From NCBI GenBank assembly GCA_019309565.1, contig JAFDFZ010000010.1, positions 28,678-52,677 of the forward strand: 24,000 nt of DNA, written 5' to 3'. The stretch comes from Deltaproteobacteria bacterium. GTDB taxonomy: Bacteria > Desulfobacterota > Desulfobacteria > Desulfobacterales > SURF-15. Within the stretch, counting starts at the first letter, position 1. Every line of letters starts with the position of its first letter. A model generated the notes under the pieces. It searched no databases. It was not told the DNA's origin and saw nothing but the letters and a program-made list of their open reading frames with translations. Below, in pieces: positions 14,912 through 22,647 of this stretch. The position numbers and the translations under genes were made by a program.

Positions 14912-16144
14912 ATGAAGCTAGGTATCAATGGACTGGGACGCATCGGAAAACTCACTTTATGGCATCATGTGGGAAGAAAAGTATTCGATGAAATCGTGGT
15001 CAATATCGGTCGCGAAGCGGGACGTGGTCTGAAAGATATCGCCCATTATGTGGAAAGGGACTCAACATATGGCTCCCTTCATGGTTTTCTATACGGGCAT
15101 AAGGCGGAGTCGGTGATAGACGATGTAGATGAGCAAAACGCTGTCATCACCATTGATGGCGTTGCTGTCAAATTTTTACGATCTTCCCGGAACCCGAAGG
15201 ATATTGGATGGGATCAACACGGTGTCCGGATCGTAGTGGATGCCACGGGAAGGTTCCTGGATCCGACGCTGCCGGCGGAGCATCCCGGTGGATCATTGAG
15301 AGGGCACCTGGCATCGGGTGCGGAGAAGGTCATTGTGTCCGCGCCCTTTAAAATGTCAGATAAAGGAAAACCAATACCGCAAGATGCCGTAACTACGGTG
15401 ATGGGTGTAAATGAGGCCGATTACGACCCGAGGGTGCATAAGATCGTTTCTGCAGCCTCCTGTACCACCACATGTCTTGCCCATATGATGAAACCGCTTA
15501 TCGATTACTTTGGCCCCAAGAAAATCCTGTCCGCTTCCATGGCCACCGTGCATGCCGCCACCTCTTCCCAGGAGGTGCTGGATCGCATACCTGAAGCCGG
15601 AAAAAGGGATTTGAGGAAAAATCGAGGTGTTATGAACAATATTATCCTTACCACAACCGGTGCCGCCGAGGCGCTTCGGTTGGTGATCCCCGAGATGGAG
15701 CAGATCGGATTCATTGCCGAATCGGTTAGAATCCCAACAACAACGGGCTCTTTGATTATCCTTGTGGTCAATCTCCAGGAAGAACTGTCGGGTGAGCTGA
15801 TCGAAAGGGATCTGATCAATGATATTTACCGCAAAGCGGCCGAGCGGGATCCGAACAGATATATCCACTATTCTGACGAACAGAATGTTTCATGCGACAT
15901 TATCGGTTTACCTAAAGCGGCAGTGATCATAGAAGGACACGAAACGCACCGGCGCACCGCAGAGGTGACCATAGATATGGAAAAAGTTCCCGGATTAGAT
16001 CCAAACAGCATTTCGTTGTTTAAGGAAAAGGTGATCCGGGTGCCGATAACCCAAGCGGTTATCTACGGATGGTACGATAATGAGATGGGAAGCTATGTCA
16101 ACATGCTGGCTGACAGGACGGTATCAATAGCAGAGGACTTGTAA
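14912..16144 (+). CDS. gap: Glyceraldehyde-3-phosphate dehydrogenase homologue, atypically long (~410 aa) divergent type
   Basis: MKLGINGLGRIGK (Rossmann N-terminus), SAASCTTTCLAH (catalytic Cys), ATVHAATSSQ (catalytic His), TTTGAAEA, VRIPTTTGS and WYDNEMGS. I prefer the ATG at 14912, with GGAG 9 nt upstream, over the GTG at 14891 in the ORF track. Confidence 0.85.
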   Translation: MKLGINGLGRIGKLTLWHHVGRKVFDEIVVNIGREAGRGLKDIAHYVERDSTYGSLHGFLYGHKAESVIDDVDEQNAVITIDGVAVKFLRSSRNPKDIGWDQHGVRIVVDATGRFLDPTLPAEHPGGSLRGHLASGAEKVIVSAPFKMSDKGKPIPQDAVTTVMGVNEADYDPRVHKIVSAASCTTTCLAHMMKPLIDYFGPKKILSASMATVHAATSSQEVLDRIPEAGKRDLRKNRGVMNNIILTTTGAAEALRLVIPEMEQIGFIAESVRIPTTTGSLIILVVNLQEELSGELIERDLINDIYRKAAERDPNRYIHYSDEQNVSCDIIGLPKAAVIIEGHETHRRTAEVTIDMEKVPGLDPNSISLFKEKVIRVPITQAVIYGWYDNEMGSYVNMLADRTVSIAEDL

Positions 16145-16149
16145 CCGCA

Positions 16150-17031
16150 TTATGACCTTAAGCAATTCTCGGTGAAATTCGGCTTTTTACCTGATTGGGC
16201 CACTACATTGCTTAGTTTTACAAACTCTTCTATGGATAATGTTTCCGCTCGTCTAGTGGAGTCGATGCCGGCGTTTTCAAGTATTTTCTTTGCGTCATCC
16301 GCCTTGCCGAACAGCAAACTTCCGGTTAAAGCATTCTTTATGGTTTTTCTTCGCTTGGAAAACGATGCCTTGACGACTTGAGAGAAGATTGCCTCGTTTC
16401 TGGCTTTTAAAAGCGAAGCATTCTTGAATATTATTTCAAGAACTTCGGAATTGACTTTTGGTTTTGGGTAGAAACAAGAGGCATCTATTTCTTTTATTGG
16501 CCGGATTGTCGCATAATACTGGAGCATAACAGAGATCCGACCGTATGTTTTGGATCCCGGCAGGGATGCTATCCTTTGAGCGAGTTCTTTTTGAAACATC
16601 AAGATACAACGATTTATTAAATGCCTAGAGGAGATCAATTTGATGATGATTTGAGATGAGATATTGTACGGCAGGTTTCCGATTATCGTCAGCCTGCGGT
16701 TTTCATCTCTTGCTATTTCTCCCAGGTCTACTTTCAGGAAATCCTTATCTATTATGGTGACATTCTTTATGCCATAAGAATTAAAAACCGTCTCTAGCAA
16801 TGGCACTATGGAAAAATCCACTTCCACTGCATAAACCCTTTTTGTGACCCGTGCCAGTGGTACAGTCAACGCTCCAAGCCCTGCGCCAATCTCCAGTACA
16901 ATATCTTCCTTGTCGATCTTGGAAGCGGATACGATCGACTCTCCAGTAGCCATTTCGGTTAGAAAATGTTGACCTAGTTTTTTTTTCGGACGAAGATTAG
17001 AAGCTTTAAGAAGACTTCGAGGTGATATCAT
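16150..17031 (-). CDS. rsmA: 16S rRNA (adenine1518/1519-N6)-dimethyltransferase RsmA/KsgA
   Basis: LRPKKKLGQHFL, the SAM-binding motif VLEIGAGLGALT, and GNLPYNISS. Length is 293 aa. Its stop lies 5 nt from the convergent gap stop. Confidence 0.92.
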   Translation of the reverse strand: MISPRSLLKASNLRPKKKLGQHFLTEMATGESIVSASKIDKEDIVLEIGAGLGALTVPLARVTKRVYAVEVDFSIVPLLETVFNSYGIKNVTIIDKDFLKVDLGEIARDENRRLTIIGNLPYNISSQIIIKLISSRHLINRCILMFQKELAQRIASLPGSKTYGRISVMLQYYATIRPIKEIDASCFYPKPKVNSEVLEIIFKNASLLKARNEAIFSQVVKASFSKRRKTIKNALTGSLLFGKADDAKKILENAGIDSTRRAETLSIEEFVKLSNVVAQSGKKPNFTENCLRS

Positions 17032-17047
17032 GGCTTAAAGTTCTTTG

Positions 17048-17539
17048 CTATTTCTTGTAAGCTCGAATTTTCTTAAAAATATTTAAGGTGATAATGTAAA
17101 CAAAAACGCCGGTCGGGATGCCGATTAGTACTCCACCGGAAACCATTGCAAGTGTCAATCCTGTACCCAGTTTTAAAAGTTCTAAAATCGATCCGTATCC
17201 GGGTACAAGGGGTTCTGAAATGCCGAAAAGATAGGTTCCAAACTTGTAGCTTGAATAGTAGAATAGCGGAAGGGTCAATGGATTGCATACCCACACACCT
17301 AAGGCTGCAGCCGGTTTACTTGCTTTGAAGATAAAGGATAAGAATAATGCAAGAGCGGTATGAAAAGGTATGGTCGGCGTGGCACTGATAAATGCGCCGA
17401 TTGCCATCCCCTTGGCAATATAATGTGGATCGCCACGCAGTGTTTTTATGTGAGTGATAACTTCCTGCAGTTTGCCCTTATGGAATAATTCTTTCAACCG
17501 TTTTAAGCGAGAATCTTTCTGAACCGTTTTGGTTGTCAT
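17048..17539 (-). CDS. DUF2062-family small membrane protein, upstream of rsmA in the same operon
   Basis: GMAIGAFISATPTIPFHTALALFLSFIFKASKPAAALGVWVCNPLTLPLFY matches the DUF2062 pattern as I recall it. Hydrophobic segments are predicted. The gap to rsmA is 16 nt. Confidence 0.7.
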   Translation of the reverse strand: MTTKTVQKDSRLKRLKELFHKGKLQEVITHIKTLRGDPHYIAKGMAIGAFISATPTIPFHTALALFLSFIFKASKPAAALGVWVCNPLTLPLFYYSSYKFGTYLFGISEPLVPGYGSILELLKLGTGLTLAMVSGGVLIGIPTGVFVYIITLNIFKKIRAYKK

Positions 17540-17658
17540 GGATTTAAAACCAGCCTTAAGTAATTACATTTTTTTTGATTCATGTGAAAGTATCACAGGT
17601 AATTTTGATTTTCAACAATTCCAAAAGGAACTTTTTGCTTATAAATCGTTTCTTTTAC

Positions 17659-17687
17659 TTGACTTTTAGGAAAAGCTTTACTAACTT
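17659..17687 (+). promoter_or_regulatory. Candidate sigma70-type promoter: TTGACT (17659-17664), 17-nt spacer, TAACTT (17682-17687)
   Basis: Hexamers and spacing read from the sequence. It lies in the 240-nt AT-rich divergent intergenic region, about 90 nt upstream of the 17780 start. Confidence 0.35.
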
Positions 17688-17779
17688 ATTAAGCAGTACG
17701 CTGGCGACTTTATCACATATCTGAAAATTAGATAGGATTTGGATAAAGCCCGATTGATTTTTTAAACAAGGAGGATACA

Positions 17780-18166
17780 ATGGCAAAAAGAAAATCTGTA
17801 AGCTTTGATGCAATGATTAAATTTTTTATGCAAAATTACGGAATTCCCACCAAGAAAGATGTAGAGAAATTAATGGCTCGAATGGATAGACTAGAAGCCC
17901 TGATAAAATCATCCACTGTACCGGCAGGCGGAAAACAGGTTGTTAAAAAAGGAGCATCTGTGGGGAAAAAAGGCCGGGCAGCGGCCGGGATGACCGCTTC
18001 TGATACCGTACTTGCCATCATCAAAAGAAGTCGAAACGGTGTAGGTTTCGAAACCATTCAAAAAAAGACCGGTTACAACGAGAAAAAGCTTCGGAATATT
18101 ATTTTCAGACTCAACAAGCTTGGTAGAATTACTCGAAAGGAACGAGGAATCTATCTGGCAGCCTAA
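17780..18166 (+). CDS. Small (128 aa) protein with an N-terminal phasin-like helix, a basic K/G/A linker and a winged-helix-like C-terminus; function unknown
   Basis: A strong AAGGAGG lies 5 nt upstream of the ATG. N-terminus is GIPTKKDVEKLMARMDRLEALIKS, linker is GGKQVVKKGASVGKKGRAAAG, and C-terminus is VLAIIKRSRNGVGFETIQKKTGYNEKKLRNIIFRLNKLGRITRKERGIYL. Confidence 0.7.
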   Translation: MAKRKSVSFDAMIKFFMQNYGIPTKKDVEKLMARMDRLEALIKSSTVPAGGKQVVKKGASVGKKGRAAAGMTASDTVLAIIKRSRNGVGFETIQKKTGYNEKKLRNIIFRLNKLGRITRKERGIYLAA

Positions 18167-18273
18167 ACGAATTGCCCTGCGTTTCCATTCTAAGGCTTCT
18201 TATACAGATCACTCCCCGAGCGACACAGCGGTAATATCTGGGGGTGGAATTATGTTCGATTTCTGGTTTTACG

Positions 18274-21249
18274 ATGAAGGTATCATACAACCAGCGACTG
18301 CGGGAAGGAGAGCGGTTATGCGGATATAAAGTCAAGCGGATTGTTGAGCTGGCTGAAATTCATTCGACATTTATTCAGTTAGAACATATTGCCACAGGGG
18401 CTCGTCATATTCATATTCAATGCCTCGATTCTGAAAACGCCTTCAGTGTTGCATTCAAGACGGTTCCAAGAGACTCCACCGGGGCAGCTCATATTTTGGA
18501 ACACACCGTTTTGTGCGGATCAAAGAAATTTCCCGTCCGGGATCCGTTTTTTTCCATGTTGAAAAGAAGCCTTAGCACTTTCATGAACGCGTTTACAGCT
18601 TCAGACTGGACCTTGTATCCCTTTGCTACCCAGAACAGAAAAGATTTCTTCAACCTGCTGGCTGTATATCTTGACGCTGTATTCTTTCCGATTTTGAATC
18701 CGCTTAATTTCAGGCAGGAAGGACATCGGCTTGAAATCGAAAAGAAAAGCGAAGGCGATCCTCACTGTCCTTTAGTCTATAAGGGGGTTGTTTACAGCGA
18801 GATGAAAGGTGCCATGTCATCACCTGATCAGGTGATGAATCGATGCATTCACCAGGCCCTGTATCCCTCTACCACGTATCGTTATAATTATGGAGGAGAT
18901 CCATCTGAAATCCCTCATTTGACCTATAGACAATTGAAACAATTCCATCGCACACACTATCACCCAAGCAATGCCTTTTTCTATACTTACGGAAATATGC
19001 CCATCGAAGACATTCTATATTTTATTCAAAAGAGAGCTTTGAGGCATTTTGAGAGAATTCAACCCAAAACAGATGTACCACCTCAACCGCGCTGGAAAAA
19101 GCCGAGGCAAAAGACATATTATTATCCATTTTCCAAAAAGGAAGATCCATCAAAGAAGTGTCAGGTCTGTGTGGCATGGCTTATGGCGGATATCCAAGAA
19201 CAATTTGAGGTCCTGGCGCTTATAATCCTTGAACACATCCTTTTGGGTAATGCCGCATCTCCGTTAAGAAAAGCGTTGATAGACTCCGGGCTAGGCACGG
19301 CTCTGTCTGACGGAAGCGGATTTGTGCCCGATAACAGAGATACGCTTTTTTCATGCGGTTTGAAAGATGTAACTGAATCGTGCTCAGAGGAAATCGAAAA
19401 GATTATTTTCTATACCCTAAGGTGTCTTGTCCAAAAGGGAATCGACAGAGATCTAATCGAATCTGCTATCCATCAACTTGAATTTCACAGAAAAGAGATC
19501 ACCAACCATCCTTATCCTTACGGTATTAAGCTCATGTTTTCTATCACAGGAACATGGATCCATGGGGGAGATCCTGTCAGGATCCTGAAATTCGAATCTG
19601 ATATCAAAACAATTCGTGAGCAGTTAAGAAAGGGGCGGTTTTTTGAAGAGCGTATCGACCGATATTTTCTTAAAAATCAGCACAGGGTTCGATTAACCCT
19701 GGTTCCGGACCAGGAGACGGAAAATAAAGAAAACAGGCGGATTGCCGCTGAGCTAAAAGAAATCTGGAATACCTTAAAACCCTCCGATATAAAGAAGCTC
19801 AAGAGACAAGCAAAAGCCCTGCAGCTTTTACAAGAATCCGAGGAAGACCTCTCTGTACTTCCAACCCTTGAAATTAACGATATTCCGCCATCTGTTCAGG
19901 TTATTGAAGAGTTTTCAGCTTGCGGAAACGTGCCGGCTGTCTGCTACCGGCAGCCGACCTCCAGAATTTTTTATTTTTCAGCCGTATTAGGAGTGGGTTC
20001 GCTGGATGAAAACCTTCTTCCATTGGTTCCCTTTTTCTGTCACGCATTTTCTAAATCTGGCACCAAACTTTACGACTATGTTGAAATGGCAAAACGCATC
20101 GATACCTATACGGGCGGCATCACCTTATCCGCCCATGCCAGAACCCGATTCGGAGCCCAAGGGCAATGCATACCGTTTATCGCGGCCAATGGAAAATGCC
20201 TTGATCGAAATGAAGCCAAAATGTTTGACATCCTTCAGGAGCTTTTGTTTAATTTCGACCTATCCGACCTCACCCGGCTCAAACACCTTCTTTTAGAGTA
20301 CAGGTCGGGCATGGAATCTATGATTATTCACAACGGCCATAGGCTGGCCGTATCGCTTGCTCTGCGGAATTTTTCTTCCACCTGTGCATTGAGTGAAATA
20401 TGGTACGGTGTCCATCAACTAAAAACCCTTAAGGAAATCACACAGGATTTGACAGAAGATCGGCTGATGTCTTTGTCGGGGGATTTGGATCGGATTGCCC
20501 GCTGCCTCATAAACCGAAACAACATTAAGATGTCCATTATTGGAGAAGAACCACTGCTGAAAGAGGCGCTCGGCCCGATCAATGTCATTGAAAATCGGCT
20601 TCAAGGCGCTGGCAGCGATGGTTTCAACCAGCCAAAGATCCCTGTAAAAAAACACCGTATTCGGGAGGGGTGGTCCACCGCAACGGCAGTGTCTTTTGTG
20701 GCAAGAGCGTTTCCAGCTGTTAGAATGGAACATGAGGATGCCCCCGCACTTTGTGTTATAAGCAAGCTGTTACGATCGCTGTTTTTGCACCGTGAAATCA
20801 GGGAAAAGGGAGGGGCATACGGAGGATTTGCTTTGTACAATCCCGAGGATGGCACTTTCAGCTTTGTTTCTTACCGCGATCCCCATATCATAGAAACCCT
20901 CAATGTCTATGAGGGGGCTGTTCGATTTATTCTATCCGCAGACTTTACCGCCGAAGACATCAAAGAGGCGATCATCCAGGTATGCTCGGATATCGACAGG
21001 CCGGATCCCCCCGGTCCGGCCGCAAGAAAGGCTTTTTTGCGGAAAATACTTTCAATCAGTGACGATGCGCGACGTAGATTCAAGCAGGGCGTTCTTGCCG
21101 TGACCCACCGCCAGGTTCAATCGGTAGCTGAAAAATATTTCGATCCCACCCCGGAAAATAACTCGGTGGTAGTGATATCCAATGATGAGAGACTCACAGA
21201 AGCGAACGAAAACCTCACGGACCATCCTTTTACCCTTAAAAGAATCTAG
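18274..21249 (+). CDS. M16C-family (PreP/pitrilysin-like, about 990 aa) zinc metallopeptidase
   Basis: The HxxEH zinc motif is HILEH at nt 18490-18504, within DSTGAAHILEHTVLCGSKKFPVRDPF. A downstream YSEMKGAM follows, and the length is PreP-like. The start is ambiguous between ATG 18274 (preferred) and GTG 18244; neither has a good SD. Confidence 0.85.
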   Translation: MKVSYNQRLREGERLCGYKVKRIVELAEIHSTFIQLEHIATGARHIHIQCLDSENAFSVAFKTVPRDSTGAAHILEHTVLCGSKKFPVRDPFFSMLKRSLSTFMNAFTASDWTLYPFATQNRKDFFNLLAVYLDAVFFPILNPLNFRQEGHRLEIEKKSEGDPHCPLVYKGVVYSEMKGAMSSPDQVMNRCIHQALYPSTTYRYNYGGDPSEIPHLTYRQLKQFHRTHYHPSNAFFYTYGNMPIEDILYFIQKRALRHFERIQPKTDVPPQPRWKKPRQKTYYYPFSKKEDPSKKCQVCVAWLMADIQEQFEVLALIILEHILLGNAASPLRKALIDSGLGTALSDGSGFVPDNRDTLFSCGLKDVTESCSEEIEKIIFYTLRCLVQKGIDRDLIESAIHQLEFHRKEITNHPYPYGIKLMFSITGTWIHGGDPVRILKFESDIKTIREQLRKGRFFEERIDRYFLKNQHRVRLTLVPDQETENKENRRIAAELKEIWNTLKPSDIKKLKRQAKALQLLQESEEDLSVLPTLEINDIPPSVQVIEEFSACGNVPAVCYRQPTSRIFYFSAVLGVGSLDENLLPLVPFFCHAFSKSGTKLYDYVEMAKRIDTYTGGITLSAHARTRFGAQGQCIPFIAANGKCLDRNEAKMFDILQELLFNFDLSDLTRLKHLLLEYRSGMESMIIHNGHRLAVSLALRNFSSTCALSEIWYGVHQLKTLKEITQDLTEDRLMSLSGDLDRIARCLINRNNIKMSIIGEEPLLKEALGPINVIENRLQGAGSDGFNQPKIPVKKHRIREGWSTATAVSFVARAFPAVRMEHEDAPALCVISKLLRSLFLHREIREKGGAYGGFALYNPEDGTFSFVSYRDPHIIETLNVYEGAVRFILSADFTAEDIKEAIIQVCSDIDRPDPPGPAARKAFLRKILSISDDARRRFKQGVLAVTHRQVQSVAEKYFDPTPENNSVVVISNDERLTEANENLTDHPFTLKRI

Positions 21250-21294
21250 TTCCAGGCTCAAATTCCCACCCTTGCTGAAGACTACATATTCATA

Positions 21295-21324
21295 TTGACT
21301 TATGGTGAATGAACGCGTTAGATA
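21295..21324 (+). promoter_or_regulatory. Candidate promoter upstream of hisS: TTGACT (21295-21300), 18-nt spacer, TAGATA (21319-21324)
   Basis: Hexamers read from the sequence. The -10 match is modest. Confidence 0.25.
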
Positions 21325-21374
21325 GAATGCTTATACATATCGATGAGTTTTGAGACAAAAGGGATTGTTGATAG

Positions 21375-22631
21375 ATGATACAGTTGGTTCGAGGGTTCAG
21401 AGACATTTTACCGCAACAGACACCCCGCTGGAGGGCGATTGAAAAAACCGCCATTTCGTTGTTTCAAGATTTTGGATTCAAAGAAATCCGGATACCAATA
21501 TTGGAGCGAACCGAGCTGTTCGCAAGGAGTATCGGAGAAGATACCGATATCGTCGAAAAAGAGATGTATACCTTTCCGGACCGCAGGGGGGAGTTGATTA
21601 CCCTGCGTCCGGAAGCAACCGCATCCATCGTGCGCTCGTATATTCAGCACAAGCTTTACGCAAAAGATCCGGTTCAGAAGGTTTATACCACCGGGCCTAT
21701 GTTTCGCAGGGAAAGACCTCAAAAGGGGCGATACCGGCAATTTTACCAAATCGATGTGGAGATACTCGGTATCAAGTCGGCGTACGCAGATACGCTGCTC
21801 ATTTTCATGCTGATAACACTGCTGGATCGGCTCGATGTAAGCGATGCCCAGGCACATATCAATTCGTTGGGATGCTCGGCCTGCAGGCCCGGCTTTAGAG
21901 CGAAACTTTCAGAGTTCATATCCTCCAGAGCCGATGTATTGTGTTCTGATTGTAACAGGAGACGTGAGCGGAACCCGCTGCGGGTACTGGACTGCAAGGT
22001 GCCCTCCTGTCGGGAGGCGATGGCGGATGCCCCTTCCATTCTCGATTCACTCTGTTCTGATTGTGAACGTCATTTCAAGGAGCTGACCCAATCGCTTACG
22101 CATCTTAACGTTTCTTATGTGATTGACAAAAGGATCGTAAGAGGCCTCGACTACTATACGCGGACGATTTTCGAGATCCAGACCGGCTCTATGGGTGCCC
22201 AGAATGCGGTTGTGGGAGGGGGGCGGTACGACAATTTGGTCAAAATGCTGGGGGGGCCGGATATTCCGGCAACGGGTTTCGCAATCGGCCTTGACAGACT
22301 GGTTGAGATTGCAGGATCTCGCCTCGGAACAGAGCAGAAACAGCCCCGGGTTTTCATTGCCGCCATTGGAGAGGAAAGCATCGCAAAGGCGTTTAGCTGG
22401 TCATGCAGCCTTGGGCTTGAAGGTGTCTGCGCGGAGCTGGACTTAAGCGGTAAAAGCCTCAAAGCGCTCATGAAACGAGCCGACAAGCTTGGATTTGAAT
22501 ATGTTGTAATCGTAGGCGATAATGAGCTTCGGAAGCGGGCTGTGATTCTTCGAAATATGCGAACAAAAGCACAGGATTTGATTCCAATCGATGGAATCGT
22601 TGAGAATTTAAAAAAGCGTCTGACCACATGA
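21375..22631 (+). CDS. hisS: Histidine--tRNA ligase
   Basis: VRGFRDILP, LRPEATASIVR, GPMFRRERPQKGRYRQFYQ, GGGRYD, GFAIGLDR and a C-terminal anticodon-binding domain. Length is 418 aa. Confidence 0.95.
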   Translation: MIQLVRGFRDILPQQTPRWRAIEKTAISLFQDFGFKEIRIPILERTELFARSIGEDTDIVEKEMYTFPDRRGELITLRPEATASIVRSYIQHKLYAKDPVQKVYTTGPMFRRERPQKGRYRQFYQIDVEILGIKSAYADTLLIFMLITLLDRLDVSDAQAHINSLGCSACRPGFRAKLSEFISSRADVLCSDCNRRRERNPLRVLDCKVPSCREAMADAPSILDSLCSDCERHFKELTQSLTHLNVSYVIDKRIVRGLDYYTRTIFEIQTGSMGAQNAVVGGGRYDNLVKMLGGPDIPATGFAIGLDRLVEIAGSRLGTEQKQPRVFIAAIGEESIAKAFSWSCSLGLEGVCAELDLSGKSLKALMKRADKLGFEYVVIVGDNELRKRAVILRNMRTKAQDLIPIDGIVENLKKRLTT

Positions 22632-22647
22632 GAAAGGAGGACCTTTA

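Noticed and set aside
16978-16986. T9 (A9 on the coding strand) run at rsmA codons 16-18 (KKK), as a slippage site
   Set aside because: This is an AT-rich gene. The lysine triplet is a conserved part of the RsmA N-terminus, and an essential-type housekeeping gene is an unlikely phase-variation target.
18120-18335. Small overlapping ORFs on both strands between the 128-aa gene and the M16C peptidase
   Set aside because: They overlap the ends of better-supported genes, have no SD and have an implausible composition.
21250-21374. T-box leader upstream of hisS-aspS
   Set aside because: The 125-nt spacer is too short for a T-box, and I see no T-box sequence or specifier/antiterminator arrangement.
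21870-22080. Cys-rich insertion in HisRS (CSAC, CSDC, CKVPSC, CSDC; eight Cys)
   Set aside because: This looks like a double zinc-ribbon. As I recall, the NPLRVLDCK-type Cys-containing insertion is widespread in bacterial HisRS, so it is not novel.
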